Below are positions 17,407 to 27,512 of a stretch of 64,000 nucleotides of DNA, one piece after another (position 1 is the stretch's first letter; each line of letters begins with the position of its first letter). The notes below the pieces were generated by a model. It had not been told where the DNA came from and ran no database searches. It saw only the letters and a list, made by a program, of their open reading frames with translations. Origin of the DNA: Candidatus Binatia bacterium (GTDB lineage Bacteria; Desulfobacterota; Binatia; HRBIN30). The DNA is taken from NCBI GenBank assembly GCA_038245295.1, contig JBBRSP010000005.1, positions 160,001 to 224,000 of the forward strand, written 5' to 3'. The position numbers were made by a program, and so were the translations under genes.

Positions 17407-19221
17407 TTAGGCCACGGTCACGGATTTGGCCAAGGAGCGCGGCTTGTCGACATTACGCTTGAGAGCCGTGGCGGTGAAGTACGCCAAGAGCTGCGAGCCG
17501 ACGAGGGGCAAGAACGGCGCCGTCAGCTCATTCGAATGAGTCAGCACCAGGCGATCATCAAAGAGTTCGCCATGCTGATCATCGAACGTGAGGCCGTAAA
17601 CGAAGCCGCCGCGTGCCTTGACTTCTTCGACGCTCGACATGGTCATCTGGTAGAGTTCGGTGTTGCTCGCCGGCGGCACCATGACGAGCGTGTACAACTT
17701 GTCGTCCACCAGCGACAGCGTCCCGTGTTTAAGGAACCCGCCCGGCATACCCTCGGCATGCACGTACGTCACTTCCTTCATCTTGAGCGCCGCCTCGAGG
17801 GCAATCGGGTAATAGATGCCACGCCCAAGGAACAACCAGTTCGTCGTGTGAGCGTGCCGATAGGCGGAGGCGCGAACGAGACCCGACTTCTCGTTGACCA
17901 GCGTCTCGATCTCTCCCGGCAAGGCAGCCAGGGCCACTTCATATTCGCTGCGTTGTTTGGGCGTGATGACCTTACGGCGCACACCAAGCTCGAGGCCGAG
18001 ACGCGTCAGCAGAATCATCTGCACCAGCGCCGCCTTGGTGCTGACGACACACACCTCGGGGCCCGAGCCCTGCAAGATCACGCGGTCGACCATACGTGCC
18101 ATGGACGAGCCGACGACATTGACGATCGCCGCGGTCTTGGCGCCGCGCTCTTTGGCGTGGCGCAGGCTGGTCAACGTGTCGTACGTCTCGCCCGACTGTG
18201 AGATCGCCAGCACAAGCGAGGTGCAATCGGTACGATCGATGTGACGGAACTCGTCGGAGCTGACGACGGAGACATCGAGATCGGCCAACTGCGCGAGGAT
18301 GTACTGACCGTACAAAGCAACGTAGTAGGTCGTACCAACGCCCAGCAGCGTCGTGCGGCGAGCCGTGCCGACGAGATCGGCCAAGCCGCCGATCTCGTCT
18401 TTGGCAATATTGAGTGCCGCGCGCACCGACAAGGGCTGCTCGTGAATCTCCTTCAGCATGTAGTGCGCGTAGCCGCCCTTTTTCGACAACTCGGGGTCCC
18501 ACGGAATCACGGTAACGGGCTTGTCGACAACTTCGCCGCTGCGCAGGTTCTTTACCGAGTAACTGTCCTTGGAGAGGATGCTGTACTCACCGTCATCAAG
18601 GATGACGGTATTCTTGGTGTAATCGATGAAAGCGTTGAAGTCGGAACCAACGTAGTTCGACTCGCTGCCGAGGCCGAGAATGAGTGGGCTCTCGTGACGG
18701 GCGCAGAAGATGTGATCCTGCTCGTGCGTCGAGATCATCGCCAGGGCGTAGCTGCCGACGAGCTTTTGCAGCGCATCGACAAAGGCGCGCTCGACGTCAC
18801 CCGATTTGGCGAAGTTGTCCTCGATCAAGTGGGCAATGACTTCGGTGTCGGTCTCGGAGTGGAAGATATGCCCGGCCTTGCGCAACTCTTCCTTCAGAGC
18901 CTTATAGTTGGCGATGATGCCGTTGTGCACGACGGCAAAGTCGCCGGTGCAGCTCTGGTGAGGATGAGCATTTTCGCGTGTCACGCGACCATGCGTCGCC
19001 CAGCGCGTGTGGGCGATGCCAACCATGCCATTCAGGTCGCGGATGCTCTCCTTGTTGTTGACCTCGTCGACCGTGCCGATGTCCTTGCGCACTTCGATAT
19101 GCGCGTTTGTGAGGAAGGCCACGCCACACGAGTCGTATCCACGATACTCGAGGTGATGGATGCCATCGAACAGGCGGTCGTCGATGCGATGAAAGCTCGC
19201 AACGCCGGCAATACCACACAT
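17407..19221 (-). CDS. glmS: Glutamine--fructose-6-phosphate transaminase
   Basis: MCGI, LEYRGYDS, HTRWATHG, HNGII, SQSGET, KHG, PRSLAKSVTV. Confidence 0.95.
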   Translation of the reverse strand: MCGIAGVASFHRIDDRLFDGIHHLEYRGYDSCGVAFLTNAHIEVRKDIGTVDEVNNKESIRDLNGMVGIAHTRWATHGRVTRENAHPHQSCTGDFAVVHNGIIANYKALKEELRKAGHIFHSETDTEVIAHLIEDNFAKSGDVERAFVDALQKLVGSYALAMISTHEQDHIFCARHESPLILGLGSESNYVGSDFNAFIDYTKNTVILDDGEYSILSKDSYSVKNLRSGEVVDKPVTVIPWDPELSKKGGYAHYMLKEIHEQPLSVRAALNIAKDEIGGLADLVGTARRTTLLGVGTTYYVALYGQYILAQLADLDVSVVSSDEFRHIDRTDCTSLVLAISQSGETYDTLTSLRHAKERGAKTAAIVNVVGSSMARMVDRVILQGSGPEVCVVSTKAALVQMILLTRLGLELGVRRKVITPKQRSEYEVALAALPGEIETLVNEKSGLVRASAYRHAHTTNWLFLGRGIYYPIALEAALKMKEVTYVHAEGMPGGFLKHGTLSLVDDKLYTLVMVPPASNTELYQMTMSSVEEVKARGGFVYGLTFDDQHGELFDDRLVLTHSNELTAPFLPLVGSQLLAYFTATALKRNVDKPRSLAKSVTVA

Positions 19222-19226
19222 ACCCG

Positions 19227-20435
19227 CTACCTCCCGCCGCCGATGGTCGCGTTGTGCGCGATCGTCGTTCCCGTTGCGAGCACCGTTCCGGCAGCGATCG
19301 TATTGCTGGCGCCGACCTTCACGTCGTCGCCCATGAAGGCGCCTAGTTTAGCCAGGCCGGAGTTGAAGTTCTCGCCGCGGATATCGACATGCACCGGAGA
19401 GCGGTCCATGTTTTCATTGATCGTCATCGTGCCGGAGCCAATGTCGACCGATTCGCCGATGACACTGTCACCAACGAACGACAGCCGACCAACCGTCGAG
19501 TGGCCAAAGAGGACACAGTTCTTGAGCTCGACGCCGTAGCCGATGACCGAGCGCGGCCCGAGCGCCGAGTGCGTGCGTACGAGCACATTGTTGCCGACGT
19601 AGCTGTCGCGGCCGATGTAACACGGGCCGGCGAGCACGGCGCCCGACTTGATGCGCGAGCCGCGCTCGATGCGCACCGGGCCGCTGATGGTCACGTTGTT
19701 GTCGATGACCGCATCCTTGGAAATGCGGGCCTCTTCCCAGGTATCCATCACCATCCGGTTGGCGGCGAGGATGTCCCAAGGGTACTCGACGTCGATCCAA
19801 CCCTCTTCCCAAAGCGAGGCGTGGAACGATGGCGATTCGCTGAGGCGATCGAAGAGACGCTGCATGTCGCCGCCGACTTCGTCGAGCCAGGTAAAGGCTT
19901 CGGTCGGCAGAACGAAGACGCCGGCAAGGACGTAGTTGCCCAATCCCTCTTTCGCCGGTTTCTCGACGATTTTGGTGATGCGGGTGCCTCGCATGTAGAC
20001 ATTGCCGTAGCGTCCAGTCGGCGGGCCCGGCAGGCAAACGCCGGCAATCGGCCCCTTGAACGAGTTGAACGACTGCAATGCCAGATGGAACGGGTTGCCG
20101 GACGTCAACACGTCGCCATACACCAGCGTGAAGTACTCACCGGGAATGAAGCGTTGCCGGGCGCTGAGGATGGCGTCGGCAATGCCGCGCGGGCGTTCTT
20201 GCTCGACATACGAAAGGCGCATGCCGAACTCGCTGCCGTCGCCGTAGAAGCGGCGCAGCTTTTCGCCGTTCTGGCCGAGGACAACGACGGCGTCGCTGAC
20301 ACCGACCTCGCGCAGATGAGCCAACGTGCGTTCGAGCAGCGTGCCGCCGGCGACGAGAGTCATCGCCTTCGGCCGCGTCGAAGAAAACGGCACCAGCGTT
20401 CGGCCGGCACCACCGGTAAGGATCAGCGCCTTCAT
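19227..20435 (-). CDS. Bifunctional sugar-1-phosphate nucleotidylyltransferase/acetyltransferase (archaeal GlmU-like)
   Basis: N-terminal NTP-transferase (LTGGAG...P...RPK, YGD, IVEKP, W.DV.YPWD), C-terminal hexapeptide repeats; 402 aa; operonic with glmS. Confidence 0.78.
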   Translation of the reverse strand: MKALILTGGAGRTLVPFSSTRPKAMTLVAGGTLLERTLAHLREVGVSDAVVVLGQNGEKLRRFYGDGSEFGMRLSYVEQERPRGIADAILSARQRFIPGEYFTLVYGDVLTSGNPFHLALQSFNSFKGPIAGVCLPGPPTGRYGNVYMRGTRITKIVEKPAKEGLGNYVLAGVFVLPTEAFTWLDEVGGDMQRLFDRLSESPSFHASLWEEGWIDVEYPWDILAANRMVMDTWEEARISKDAVIDNNVTISGPVRIERGSRIKSGAVLAGPCYIGRDSYVGNNVLVRTHSALGPRSVIGYGVELKNCVLFGHSTVGRLSFVGDSVIGESVDIGSGTMTINENMDRSPVHVDIRGENFNSGLAKLGAFMGDDVKVGASNTIAAGTVLATGTTIAHNATIGGGR

Positions 20436-20633
20436 GGCACGACTCCACCGCAGACGATTCGATCCATAGGCCGGGAAGAGTATGCGGCCTGAGGCCGTTC
20501 CTCAAGGGTTAGTGTGGATTCTCTGTGAGAACGGTTGGCGCCCGGTGACTGGCGTGTGCGCCGCGAGTCGAGTAGTTAGCCGTTCCAGACGTCCGCGACG
20601 CTTCCATACGAACCGCGGGTCAAGGAGGAAACC

Positions 20634-21935
20634 ATGTCAACCGAACGCACCCCTGGACTGGGAACCCTGGCTCTTCATGCCGGGCAGGAAAAGGACCCGA
20701 CGACCCACGCGCGGGCCGTACCCATCTACGCCACGACCTCCTACCTGTTCGACAACACCGAACACGCCGCCAACCTCTTCGCGTTGAAGGAGTTCGGCAA
20801 CATCTACACGCGTTTGATGAACCCGACCAACGACGTCCTCGAGAAGCGCCTGGCCGCCATCGAAGGCGGCGCCGCCGGCTTGGCGTTTGCCTCGGGCCAG
20901 GCGGCAATCACCGCCGCTCTACTGACCATCTGCCACAGTGGACAGAACTTCATTTCGGCCACCAGTCTTTACGGCGGCACGTGGACGCTGTTTACCCATA
21001 CTCTGTCGAAGCTTGGCATCGAGGTGCGTTTCTTCGATCCGCATCATCCCGAGAAGATCAGCGAGCTCGTCGATGCCAACACGCGCTGCGTCTATATGGA
21101 GAGTCTGGGAAACCCGAAAAACGACGTCCCGGATTTCCGCCGTATCAGCGACATCGCCCACAGCCATGACTTGCCGGTGTTGTGCGACAACACGGTTGTG
21201 CCGATGCTGTTGCGGCCGATCGAACACGGCGTCGACGTCGTCATCTACTCGACGACTAAGTTCATCGGCGGTCACGGCGTGCACATTGGCGGCGCCATCG
21301 TCGACAGCGGCAAGTTCCCCTGGGCCAAGACACCGGAGAAGTGGCCGGAGCTCTGCGCTCCCGACCCGTCCTACCACGGTGTCGTCTTCGAAGAGGCGCT
21401 GCGCCCCATCGGCAACATCTCCTACATCTTGCACATCCGCACGCACTGGCTGCGTGACACCGGTGCCTGCATGAGCCCGTTCGCGGCGTTTCTGTTCCTC
21501 CTTGGGATGGAAACGCTTCACCTGCGCATGGAGCGTCACTGCGCCAATGCCTTAAAGGTTGCGCAATGGCTGGAGGAACATCCGGCCGTGACCTGGGTGA
21601 ACTACCCGGGCCTGCCAAGTCATGCGGACTACGAAAGCGCCAAGCGATTGCTGCCGTCGGGCCAGGGTGCCCTGCTCGGGTTCGGCATCAAGGGCGGGCG
21701 GGACGCGGGCGTCAAGTTCATCAACAACGTCAAACTCGCCAGCCACCTCGCCAACATCGGTGACGCGAAGACCCTGGTCATCCACCCGGCATCAACGACA
21801 CACTCGCAGCTAACCGAGAAGGAGCAAAACGAGACCGGTGTCACGCCCGACTATGTGCGCGTGTCGGTCGGCATTGAGGACGTTGCGGATATCATCGCCG
21901 ACCTGGAACAGGCGCTGGCGATCTCGCAAGCGTGA
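20634..21935 (+). CDS. metY: O-acetylhomoserine aminocarboxypropyltransferase
   Basis: GNIYTRLMNPT, STTKFIGGHG (PLP Lys), HLANIGDAKTLVIHPASTTH; GGAGG RBS. Confidence 0.93.
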   Translation: MSTERTPGLGTLALHAGQEKDPTTHARAVPIYATTSYLFDNTEHAANLFALKEFGNIYTRLMNPTNDVLEKRLAAIEGGAAGLAFASGQAAITAALLTICHSGQNFISATSLYGGTWTLFTHTLSKLGIEVRFFDPHHPEKISELVDANTRCVYMESLGNPKNDVPDFRRISDIAHSHDLPVLCDNTVVPMLLRPIEHGVDVVIYSTTKFIGGHGVHIGGAIVDSGKFPWAKTPEKWPELCAPDPSYHGVVFEEALRPIGNISYILHIRTHWLRDTGACMSPFAAFLFLLGMETLHLRMERHCANALKVAQWLEEHPAVTWVNYPGLPSHADYESAKRLLPSGQGALLGFGIKGGRDAGVKFINNVKLASHLANIGDAKTLVIHPASTTHSQLTEKEQNETGVTPDYVRVSVGIEDVADIIADLEQALAISQA

Positions 21936-21983
21936 AACAACAGCGCAGGGACGGCCTCGCCGTAAGGGCGCGGTCCGACGACC

Positions 21984-23786
21984 ATGAGCAACCCGTTTCA
22001 CAGCAGCGATAGCCTGCGCGGCAACACGGCGTTGCGTTTTGCGCAGCACCTGGACCTCGCGTCCCCGCTGGCGCTGGAGTCGGGTGGAGAGCTGCCGGCC
22101 GTCACGATTGCGTATGAGACCTACGGCACACTGAACCGAGAACGCGACAATGCCGTGCTCGTGTGCCACGCGATCAGCGGCGATTCCCATGTGGCGCGGC
22201 ATACAGCCGACGACGCTCCAGGCTGGTGGGACCTCCTGGTCGGGCCGGGAAAGTGGATCGACACCGAGCGTTACTTCGTCATCTGCCAAAACGTCCTCGG
22301 CGGCTGTCGCGGCACCAGTGGACCGAACAGCGTCGATCCGCGTAGCGGCCGCCCCTACGGCGCTGACTTTCCGGCGATCACGGTCGGCGACATGGTCGAA
22401 GTACAGCGACGCCTGATCGATCACCTGCAGATCGATACGTTGTTGGCCGTGGTCGGCGGCTCGCTCGGAGGACATCAAGCCATCACCTGGGCGATTCGCC
22501 ATCCGCACCGCCTGCGCGGCTGTGTGGCCCTGGCGAGCTCGCCGCGTTTGACCAGTCAGGCAATCGCCTTCGACGTCGTCGGACGGAATGCGATCCTGCA
22601 CGATCCGGGTTACGCGGGCGGTGAATACTACGACCAAGGTGGCCCGGCAGTCGGGCTGGCGTTGGCGCGTATGCTGGCACACATCACGTATCTGTCACGC
22701 GATGCGATGACCGAGAAGTTCGATCCCGGCCGGCTGCAACCACGAGACATCCCGACGGCGTTTGAAAAGAAGTTCTCGGTCGGCTCCTACCTGGCTTATC
22801 AGGGTCACAAATTCGTCGAGCGTTTCGACGCCAACAGTTACGTCACCCTTTCGATGGCCATGGATCTCTTCGACCTCGGCGACAGCAGCCGCGAGTGGCA
22901 AACGACACTCGCCGCGAGTCAGTGCCGTTGGTTGGTGCTCAGCTTCAGCAGTGATTGGCTGTTTCCACCCCAACAGAGCCGCGACATCGTCCACGCTCTC
23001 AACGCCGTCAACCGGCCGGTGTCGTACTGTAACGTCGACACCAAAGGAGGACATGATTCCTTCTTGCTCGAGGAGAAACTCGACGTCTATGGCGCCATGG
23101 TCGGTGCATTCCTCGACAACCTGCCGAGTAGCGCCGCGGCGGCTGTCGCCCCCCCGCCGTCTCATTGGACCGAACCAACCAGCATCTTTCACGGCGATCG
23201 CCTGGACTACAGACAGATCTTCGACCTCATTCCCGCCGGCTCCAGCGTTTTGGATCTGGGTTGTGGCAACGGGGCGCTATTGGACCGGCTGCGCCGACGC
23301 GGCCATCCGCGCCTGCTCGGCATCGAGCTCGACGAACAAGCGATTCTGAGCTGCGTGCGGCGCGGGCTCGACATTGTGCAGCTCGATCTCACGCAAGGTC
23401 TGGGGCCGTTCACCGATGGACAATTCGACGTCGTCGTCTTGTCGCAAACGTTGCAGTCGATCAGCGAGACCGAACACATCATTGACGAGATGTTGCGCGT
23501 CGGCCAACTCGCCATCGTCAGCTTCCCCAACTTCGCCTATCACAAGCTGCGCACCATGCTGTTCGAGCAGGGCCGTTCGCCAAAAGCAGGAGGCCCGTAC
23601 AAGTATGAATGGTGGAACACGCCGAATCGGCGCTTCCCGTCGATTCTCGACTTCGAAGATTTCTGCAACGCCAAGAGCGTCAACATTCACCGCCGTGTCT
23701 ATCTCGACACCGAGACCGGGGAGCTCGTCGACGGCGACCCGAACTGGAATGCCGACGTGGCCATCTTCGTCCTGAGCCGGGTTTGA
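21984..23786 (+). CDS. metX: Homoserine O-acetyltransferase MetX fused to MetW-like methyltransferase
   Basis: CHAISGDSH, GWW...GPGK, GGSLGG, GHDSFL; C-terminal VLDLGCGNG, LSQTLQ, VSFPNF, WWNTPN. Confidence 0.9.
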   Translation: MSNPFHSSDSLRGNTALRFAQHLDLASPLALESGGELPAVTIAYETYGTLNRERDNAVLVCHAISGDSHVARHTADDAPGWWDLLVGPGKWIDTERYFVICQNVLGGCRGTSGPNSVDPRSGRPYGADFPAITVGDMVEVQRRLIDHLQIDTLLAVVGGSLGGHQAITWAIRHPHRLRGCVALASSPRLTSQAIAFDVVGRNAILHDPGYAGGEYYDQGGPAVGLALARMLAHITYLSRDAMTEKFDPGRLQPRDIPTAFEKKFSVGSYLAYQGHKFVERFDANSYVTLSMAMDLFDLGDSSREWQTTLAASQCRWLVLSFSSDWLFPPQQSRDIVHALNAVNRPVSYCNVDTKGGHDSFLLEEKLDVYGAMVGAFLDNLPSSAAAAVAPPPSHWTEPTSIFHGDRLDYRQIFDLIPAGSSVLDLGCGNGALLDRLRRRGHPRLLGIELDEQAILSCVRRGLDIVQLDLTQGLGPFTDGQFDVVVLSQTLQSISETEHIIDEMLRVGQLAIVSFPNFAYHKLRTMLFEQGRSPKAGGPYKYEWWNTPNRRFPSILDFEDFCNAKSVNIHRRVYLDTETGELVDGDPNWNADVAIFVLSRV

Positions 23787-23860
23787 GCGCGTCAGCGACG
23801 AGAGCCGGCGGTTCTCGAATTGCCCCTACGAGGACCTACGAACGCGTCGGGTTGGACGAG

Positions 23861-24871
23861 TCAAGAGCGTGAGCGCAGCACGCGCGGCAGCGCCACGAGG
23901 AATAGAATCACTGTCGCCTGGATGATCGAGACAATCACAGCCGACACGCCGGCGGCGCGCTGCATCGCATTGGAGCCGGCGTCGAGCGCGCCGAAGAGAA
24001 TGGCGCTGGCGACAACACCAATGGGATTCAATCGGCCGAGCAATCCGACGGCGATTGCGGTGAAGCCCCAGCCAGGCGAGAATCGTTCGTAGAGTTTACG
24101 AGTGATCGCGCTCACCTCTATTCCCCCAGCCAGGCCGGCCAACGCCCCACTGATCAGGAATGCCAACAACAGGCGGCGCCGCACATTGATCCCGGCGAGC
24201 TTGGCCGCCTCCTGGTTCAAACCGGTGGCGCGGATCTCGTAGCCGGCGACGCTGCGATACAAGAAAATGTGCGTCGCCACGGTTCCGATCAACGCCACAA
24301 CCAAACCCAAATGAATGCGATACGGCGCCAAACGCGGCAGGAGATACTGCGGCAACAGGCTGTCGGTCTGGGGATAACGCCCGCCGGCTTCCTTGAGCGG
24401 CCCCTGCACCAGATAGCTGAGGGCAAACAGCGCCACGAAATTCAGCATGATCGTACTAATGACTTCGCTGACATCGCGCCGTAGCTTGAGCTGCGCCGCC
24501 AGCGCCGCCCAGCTAGCGCCCGCTGTTGCCGACGCAAGAAGGCCGATGGGTAAAGCAATCGCTGCCGGCAGCGAAAGCTTGCTGCCGACAACCGACATGG
24601 CCAATGCTCCCGCCAACAACTGTCCCTCGGCGCCGATGTTCCACACACCGGCTTGAAAGGCGACGGCAACCGCCAGACCGGTGAGCAACAGCGGGCACGC
24701 CTTCACGGCCACCTCGGAGAGACTATCGAGACTGCCAAACGCGCCCTCGGCGAGAGCCGTCAGAGCGACGAAAGGGTTGTGTCCGGCGAGGGCGATCACC
24801 ACGGCACTCACAAGCAGGGCACCGACCAACGCCAACACGGAGGGAAGCACGTGGTCTCTCAGGCGATTCAT
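23861..24871 (-). CDS. Nucleoside/sugar ABC transporter permease
   Basis: WNIGAEGQ, EVISTIMLN, GFTAIAVGLLG; multiple TMs. Confidence 0.9.
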   Translation of the reverse strand: MNRLRDHVLPSVLALVGALLVSAVVIALAGHNPFVALTALAEGAFGSLDSLSEVAVKACPLLLTGLAVAVAFQAGVWNIGAEGQLLAGALAMSVVGSKLSLPAAIALPIGLLASATAGASWAALAAQLKLRRDVSEVISTIMLNFVALFALSYLVQGPLKEAGGRYPQTDSLLPQYLLPRLAPYRIHLGLVVALIGTVATHIFLYRSVAGYEIRATGLNQEAAKLAGINVRRRLLLAFLISGALAGLAGGIEVSAITRKLYERFSPGWGFTAIAVGLLGRLNPIGVVASAILFGALDAGSNAMQRAAGVSAVIVSIIQATVILFLVALPRVLRSRS

Positions 24872-26400
24872 GCGTGCCCCTCGGCGCCACCCATCAGCAA
24901 GCCGAGTTGTTGCACATCGAACGGCCGTGCCAATGCTTCGCTGACGCGGCCGCGATACAACACGACGACACGGTCGCTCGAATCGAGGACTTCATCGAGA
25001 TCCGTCGACACCAGCACGATGGCACAACCACGCGCCGCGATATCACGCAGAGCTTCGAGCACGGCGCGCGACGCGGCCAGGTCGAGGCCACGTGTCGGGT
25101 TCACTACGACCAGGACACTGGGTTCGCCGGCCAGTTCGCGAGCGATGACTACACGTTGCTGATTGCCGCCGGAAAGCTCCGAGGCGAGGGCCGAGGGCCC
25201 AGAGCAATGGATCGCGTATCGGGCAATGAGGTCGTTGGCAAATGCTTCCACGGCCGCCGGCTGAAACAAGCCATAGCGACTCAAGCGATTGAGGTGACGA
25301 CGATGCAACAGAAGGTTCTCACGCACGCTCATGGCTAGAACGAGCCCCTGGCGATGGCGATCCGGCGGGATATGCCCGATCCCCTCTTCCAACGCGGCAT
25401 CCGGCGAATATGTCTGTCGTTCTATACCGTTGACAACGACCCGCCCGGCCACCGGTCGTTGCAGCCCGACAAGCGCTTCGAAGAGCTCGCGCTGGCCATT
25501 CCCGTCGACTCCGGCAATACCCAGGATTTCGCCCCGATGAACCACGAGGCTTGCCTCGCTCAAACCAACTTGGCCACCTTCATCAGCGACGCTGAGGCGA
25601 TCAATTTCCAGAACCACGCTACCCGTTTTGACCGCCGACGGCCGGCTCACGGGAGCGTCCATATGACCAACCATGTGTTCGGCCATCTCCGCTTCGCTGA
25701 GCGCGCCAACCGCATACGTGCCGACCAGAGCGCCGCGGCGCATGATACTGACTCGATCCGCCAGTTCGCGCACCTCGCGCAACTTGTGGGTGATGAACAA
25801 GATCGTCAGACCGCGGGCCTGGAGACGGCGCAGCATCTCGAACAAGCCGGCCACTTCGTGCGGCGTCAGGACGGCGGTCGGTTCGTCGAGAATCAACACA
25901 CGGTCGGCGCGCGCCAGCGCTTTGAGGATTTCCAGGCGTTGCCGGGTACCCACCGGCAAATCGCGAACGAAGAGATCAGGGTCCGGCAGGTCGAGGCCAA
26001 TCTCGGTGGCAAGCGCGCGCGCCTTCTGTGCGACCGCGCCCAGGTCCAAACGCCAGGCTCCCGGATGACTCAGACTGAGCGCCAGATTCTCCGCCACTGT
26101 CAGCGCTTCGACCAGGGTAAAATGCTGATGCACCATGCCGATCCCGTGAGCCGCCGCGTCACGCGGCGAACCCAAGGTAACCGGACGACCGTCGACTTCG
26201 ATACTGCCGGCGTCGGCCGCGTAAACGCCGGCAAGGATCTGCATCAGTGTCGACTTGCCGGCGCCATTCTCGCCGAGAATGGCGTGGACCTCGCCCTTGG
26301 CAAATCGCAGCGAAATGTCGTCGAGGGCATGCACCGCCCCAAAGTGCTTGTGTAGGCCATGCACCGCCAGTGCGGCTGCTGGTTCGGCGGCGCGCTCCAC
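24868..26400 (-). CDS. ABC transporter ATP-binding protein (tandem ATPase)
   Basis: GENGAGKST, LDEPTAVL, LSGGNQQ. Confidence 0.92.
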   Translation of the reverse strand: MERAAEPAAALAVHGLHKHFGAVHALDDISLRFAKGEVHAILGENGAGKSTLMQILAGVYAADAGSIEVDGRPVTLGSPRDAAAHGIGMVHQHFTLVEALTVAENLALSLSHPGAWRLDLGAVAQKARALATEIGLDLPDPDLFVRDLPVGTRQRLEILKALARADRVLILDEPTAVLTPHEVAGLFEMLRRLQARGLTILFITHKLREVRELADRVSIMRRGALVGTYAVGALSEAEMAEHMVGHMDAPVSRPSAVKTGSVVLEIDRLSVADEGGQVGLSEASLVVHRGEILGIAGVDGNGQRELFEALVGLQRPVAGRVVVNGIERQTYSPDAALEEGIGHIPPDRHRQGLVLAMSVRENLLLHRRHLNRLSRYGLFQPAAVEAFANDLIARYAIHCSGPSALASELSGGNQQRVVIARELAGEPSVLVVVNPTRGLDLAASRAVLEALRDIAARGCAIVLVSTDLDEVLDSSDRVVVLYRGRVSEALARPFDVQQLGLLMGGAEGHA

Positions 26401-26413
26401 GAACGGATCCGGC

Positions 26414-27400
26414 TCAGAACTCGGCGGTGGGGACTTTCACGGAACCGTTGCGAATGCCGTCCTGCATTTCAGCAAGCTTCTTCTTTACCTCGGCGGGAAT
26501 CTTATCTTCGAGCTTCGGGTTCAGAACAAAGGCGATCACGCCATCGGCCATTCCCTTGCGCTCTATCTTGCCCTCGAACTTCCCCTCTTTTACTTCACGC
26601 GCAATCTGCACGAAGGCTTGCGGGATATCGATGGTCGCGGAAGCGATGACCACGTCGGGAGCAACCTCGTTCTGGTTCTTATTGCTACCGAAGGCATAGA
26701 CCTTGTTATCCTGCGCCGCTTGAAAGACCCCCAAGCCAGCGGCGTCGGCGTTGTGGAACAAGAAGTCGCAACCCTGTTGAGCCAAAGCGGATGCTGCGGC
26801 CTTCGCGCCACCGACATCTTCCCAATTCCCCAGGTATGTGACGGCAATGCCAAAGTTTGGATTGACCTGTTTGGCACCGGCTTCGAAGGCAAGGACGGTG
26901 CTTTTCACCGAGGGTAACTCAACGCCCCCAACGACGCCCGCCTTGCCGCTCTTCGACATTGACGCCGCCAAAACACCCTCGAGGAATGTCGCTTCCTCGA
27001 GAAGAAAACGGATCGGCGCGACATTCTTGCGAACTGTGTTGCCGGACGTGGTGATGAACACCGTCCCCGGATAGTCGGGAGCGACCGCCGCGGCTGCTTC
27101 CTGAAACTCGAATCCATGCCCAAACACCAACTGGTAGCCACGACGTGCGAAGTCGCGGAAGCCCTCTTCGAATTCAGCCGGTGTCTTGGTTTCGATCTGA
27201 CTGACTTCGGCACCGAGCTTCTCATGAATTGACTGAAGCCCCTCGTAAGCCAGCGCGTTCCAACCCGCATCACTAATTGGACCCGGGCTCAGCAACGCCA
27301 CCTTGAATGGTTTTGGTGCATCGCCTTCGGCAGCAGACACAAGCCGCGCGGTTGCAGCAAGCACCGCCAAGGCACAAGTGTAGGAGACGAGTCGTATCAT
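26414..27400 (-). CDS. BMP family ABC substrate-binding protein
   Basis: GPISDAGWNALAYEGL, GHGFEF, GLGVFQAA; signal peptide. Confidence 0.88.
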   Translation of the reverse strand: MIRLVSYTCALAVLAATARLVSAAEGDAPKPFKVALLSPGPISDAGWNALAYEGLQSIHEKLGAEVSQIETKTPAEFEEGFRDFARRGYQLVFGHGFEFQEAAAAVAPDYPGTVFITTSGNTVRKNVAPIRFLLEEATFLEGVLAASMSKSGKAGVVGGVELPSVKSTVLAFEAGAKQVNPNFGIAVTYLGNWEDVGGAKAAASALAQQGCDFLFHNADAAGLGVFQAAQDNKVYAFGSNKNQNEVAPDVVIASATIDIPQAFVQIAREVKEGKFEGKIERKGMADGVIAFVLNPKLEDKIPAEVKKKLAEMQDGIRNGSVKVPTAEF

Positions 27401-27512
27401 GCTTGGCTTATAGCCCAGCCAGACAACCGGGCAACAAGCAGCGACAGGGCTGATGAGCGTCCTTGGACCGTCCGCCGCGTAATCGCGGCAGACGGTCCGG
27501 CATCATCCAACG

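Noticed and set aside
20436..20633. SAM riboswitch upstream of metY
   Set aside because: No recognisable SAM-I or SAM-II consensus; a cmscan would be needed to exclude other classes
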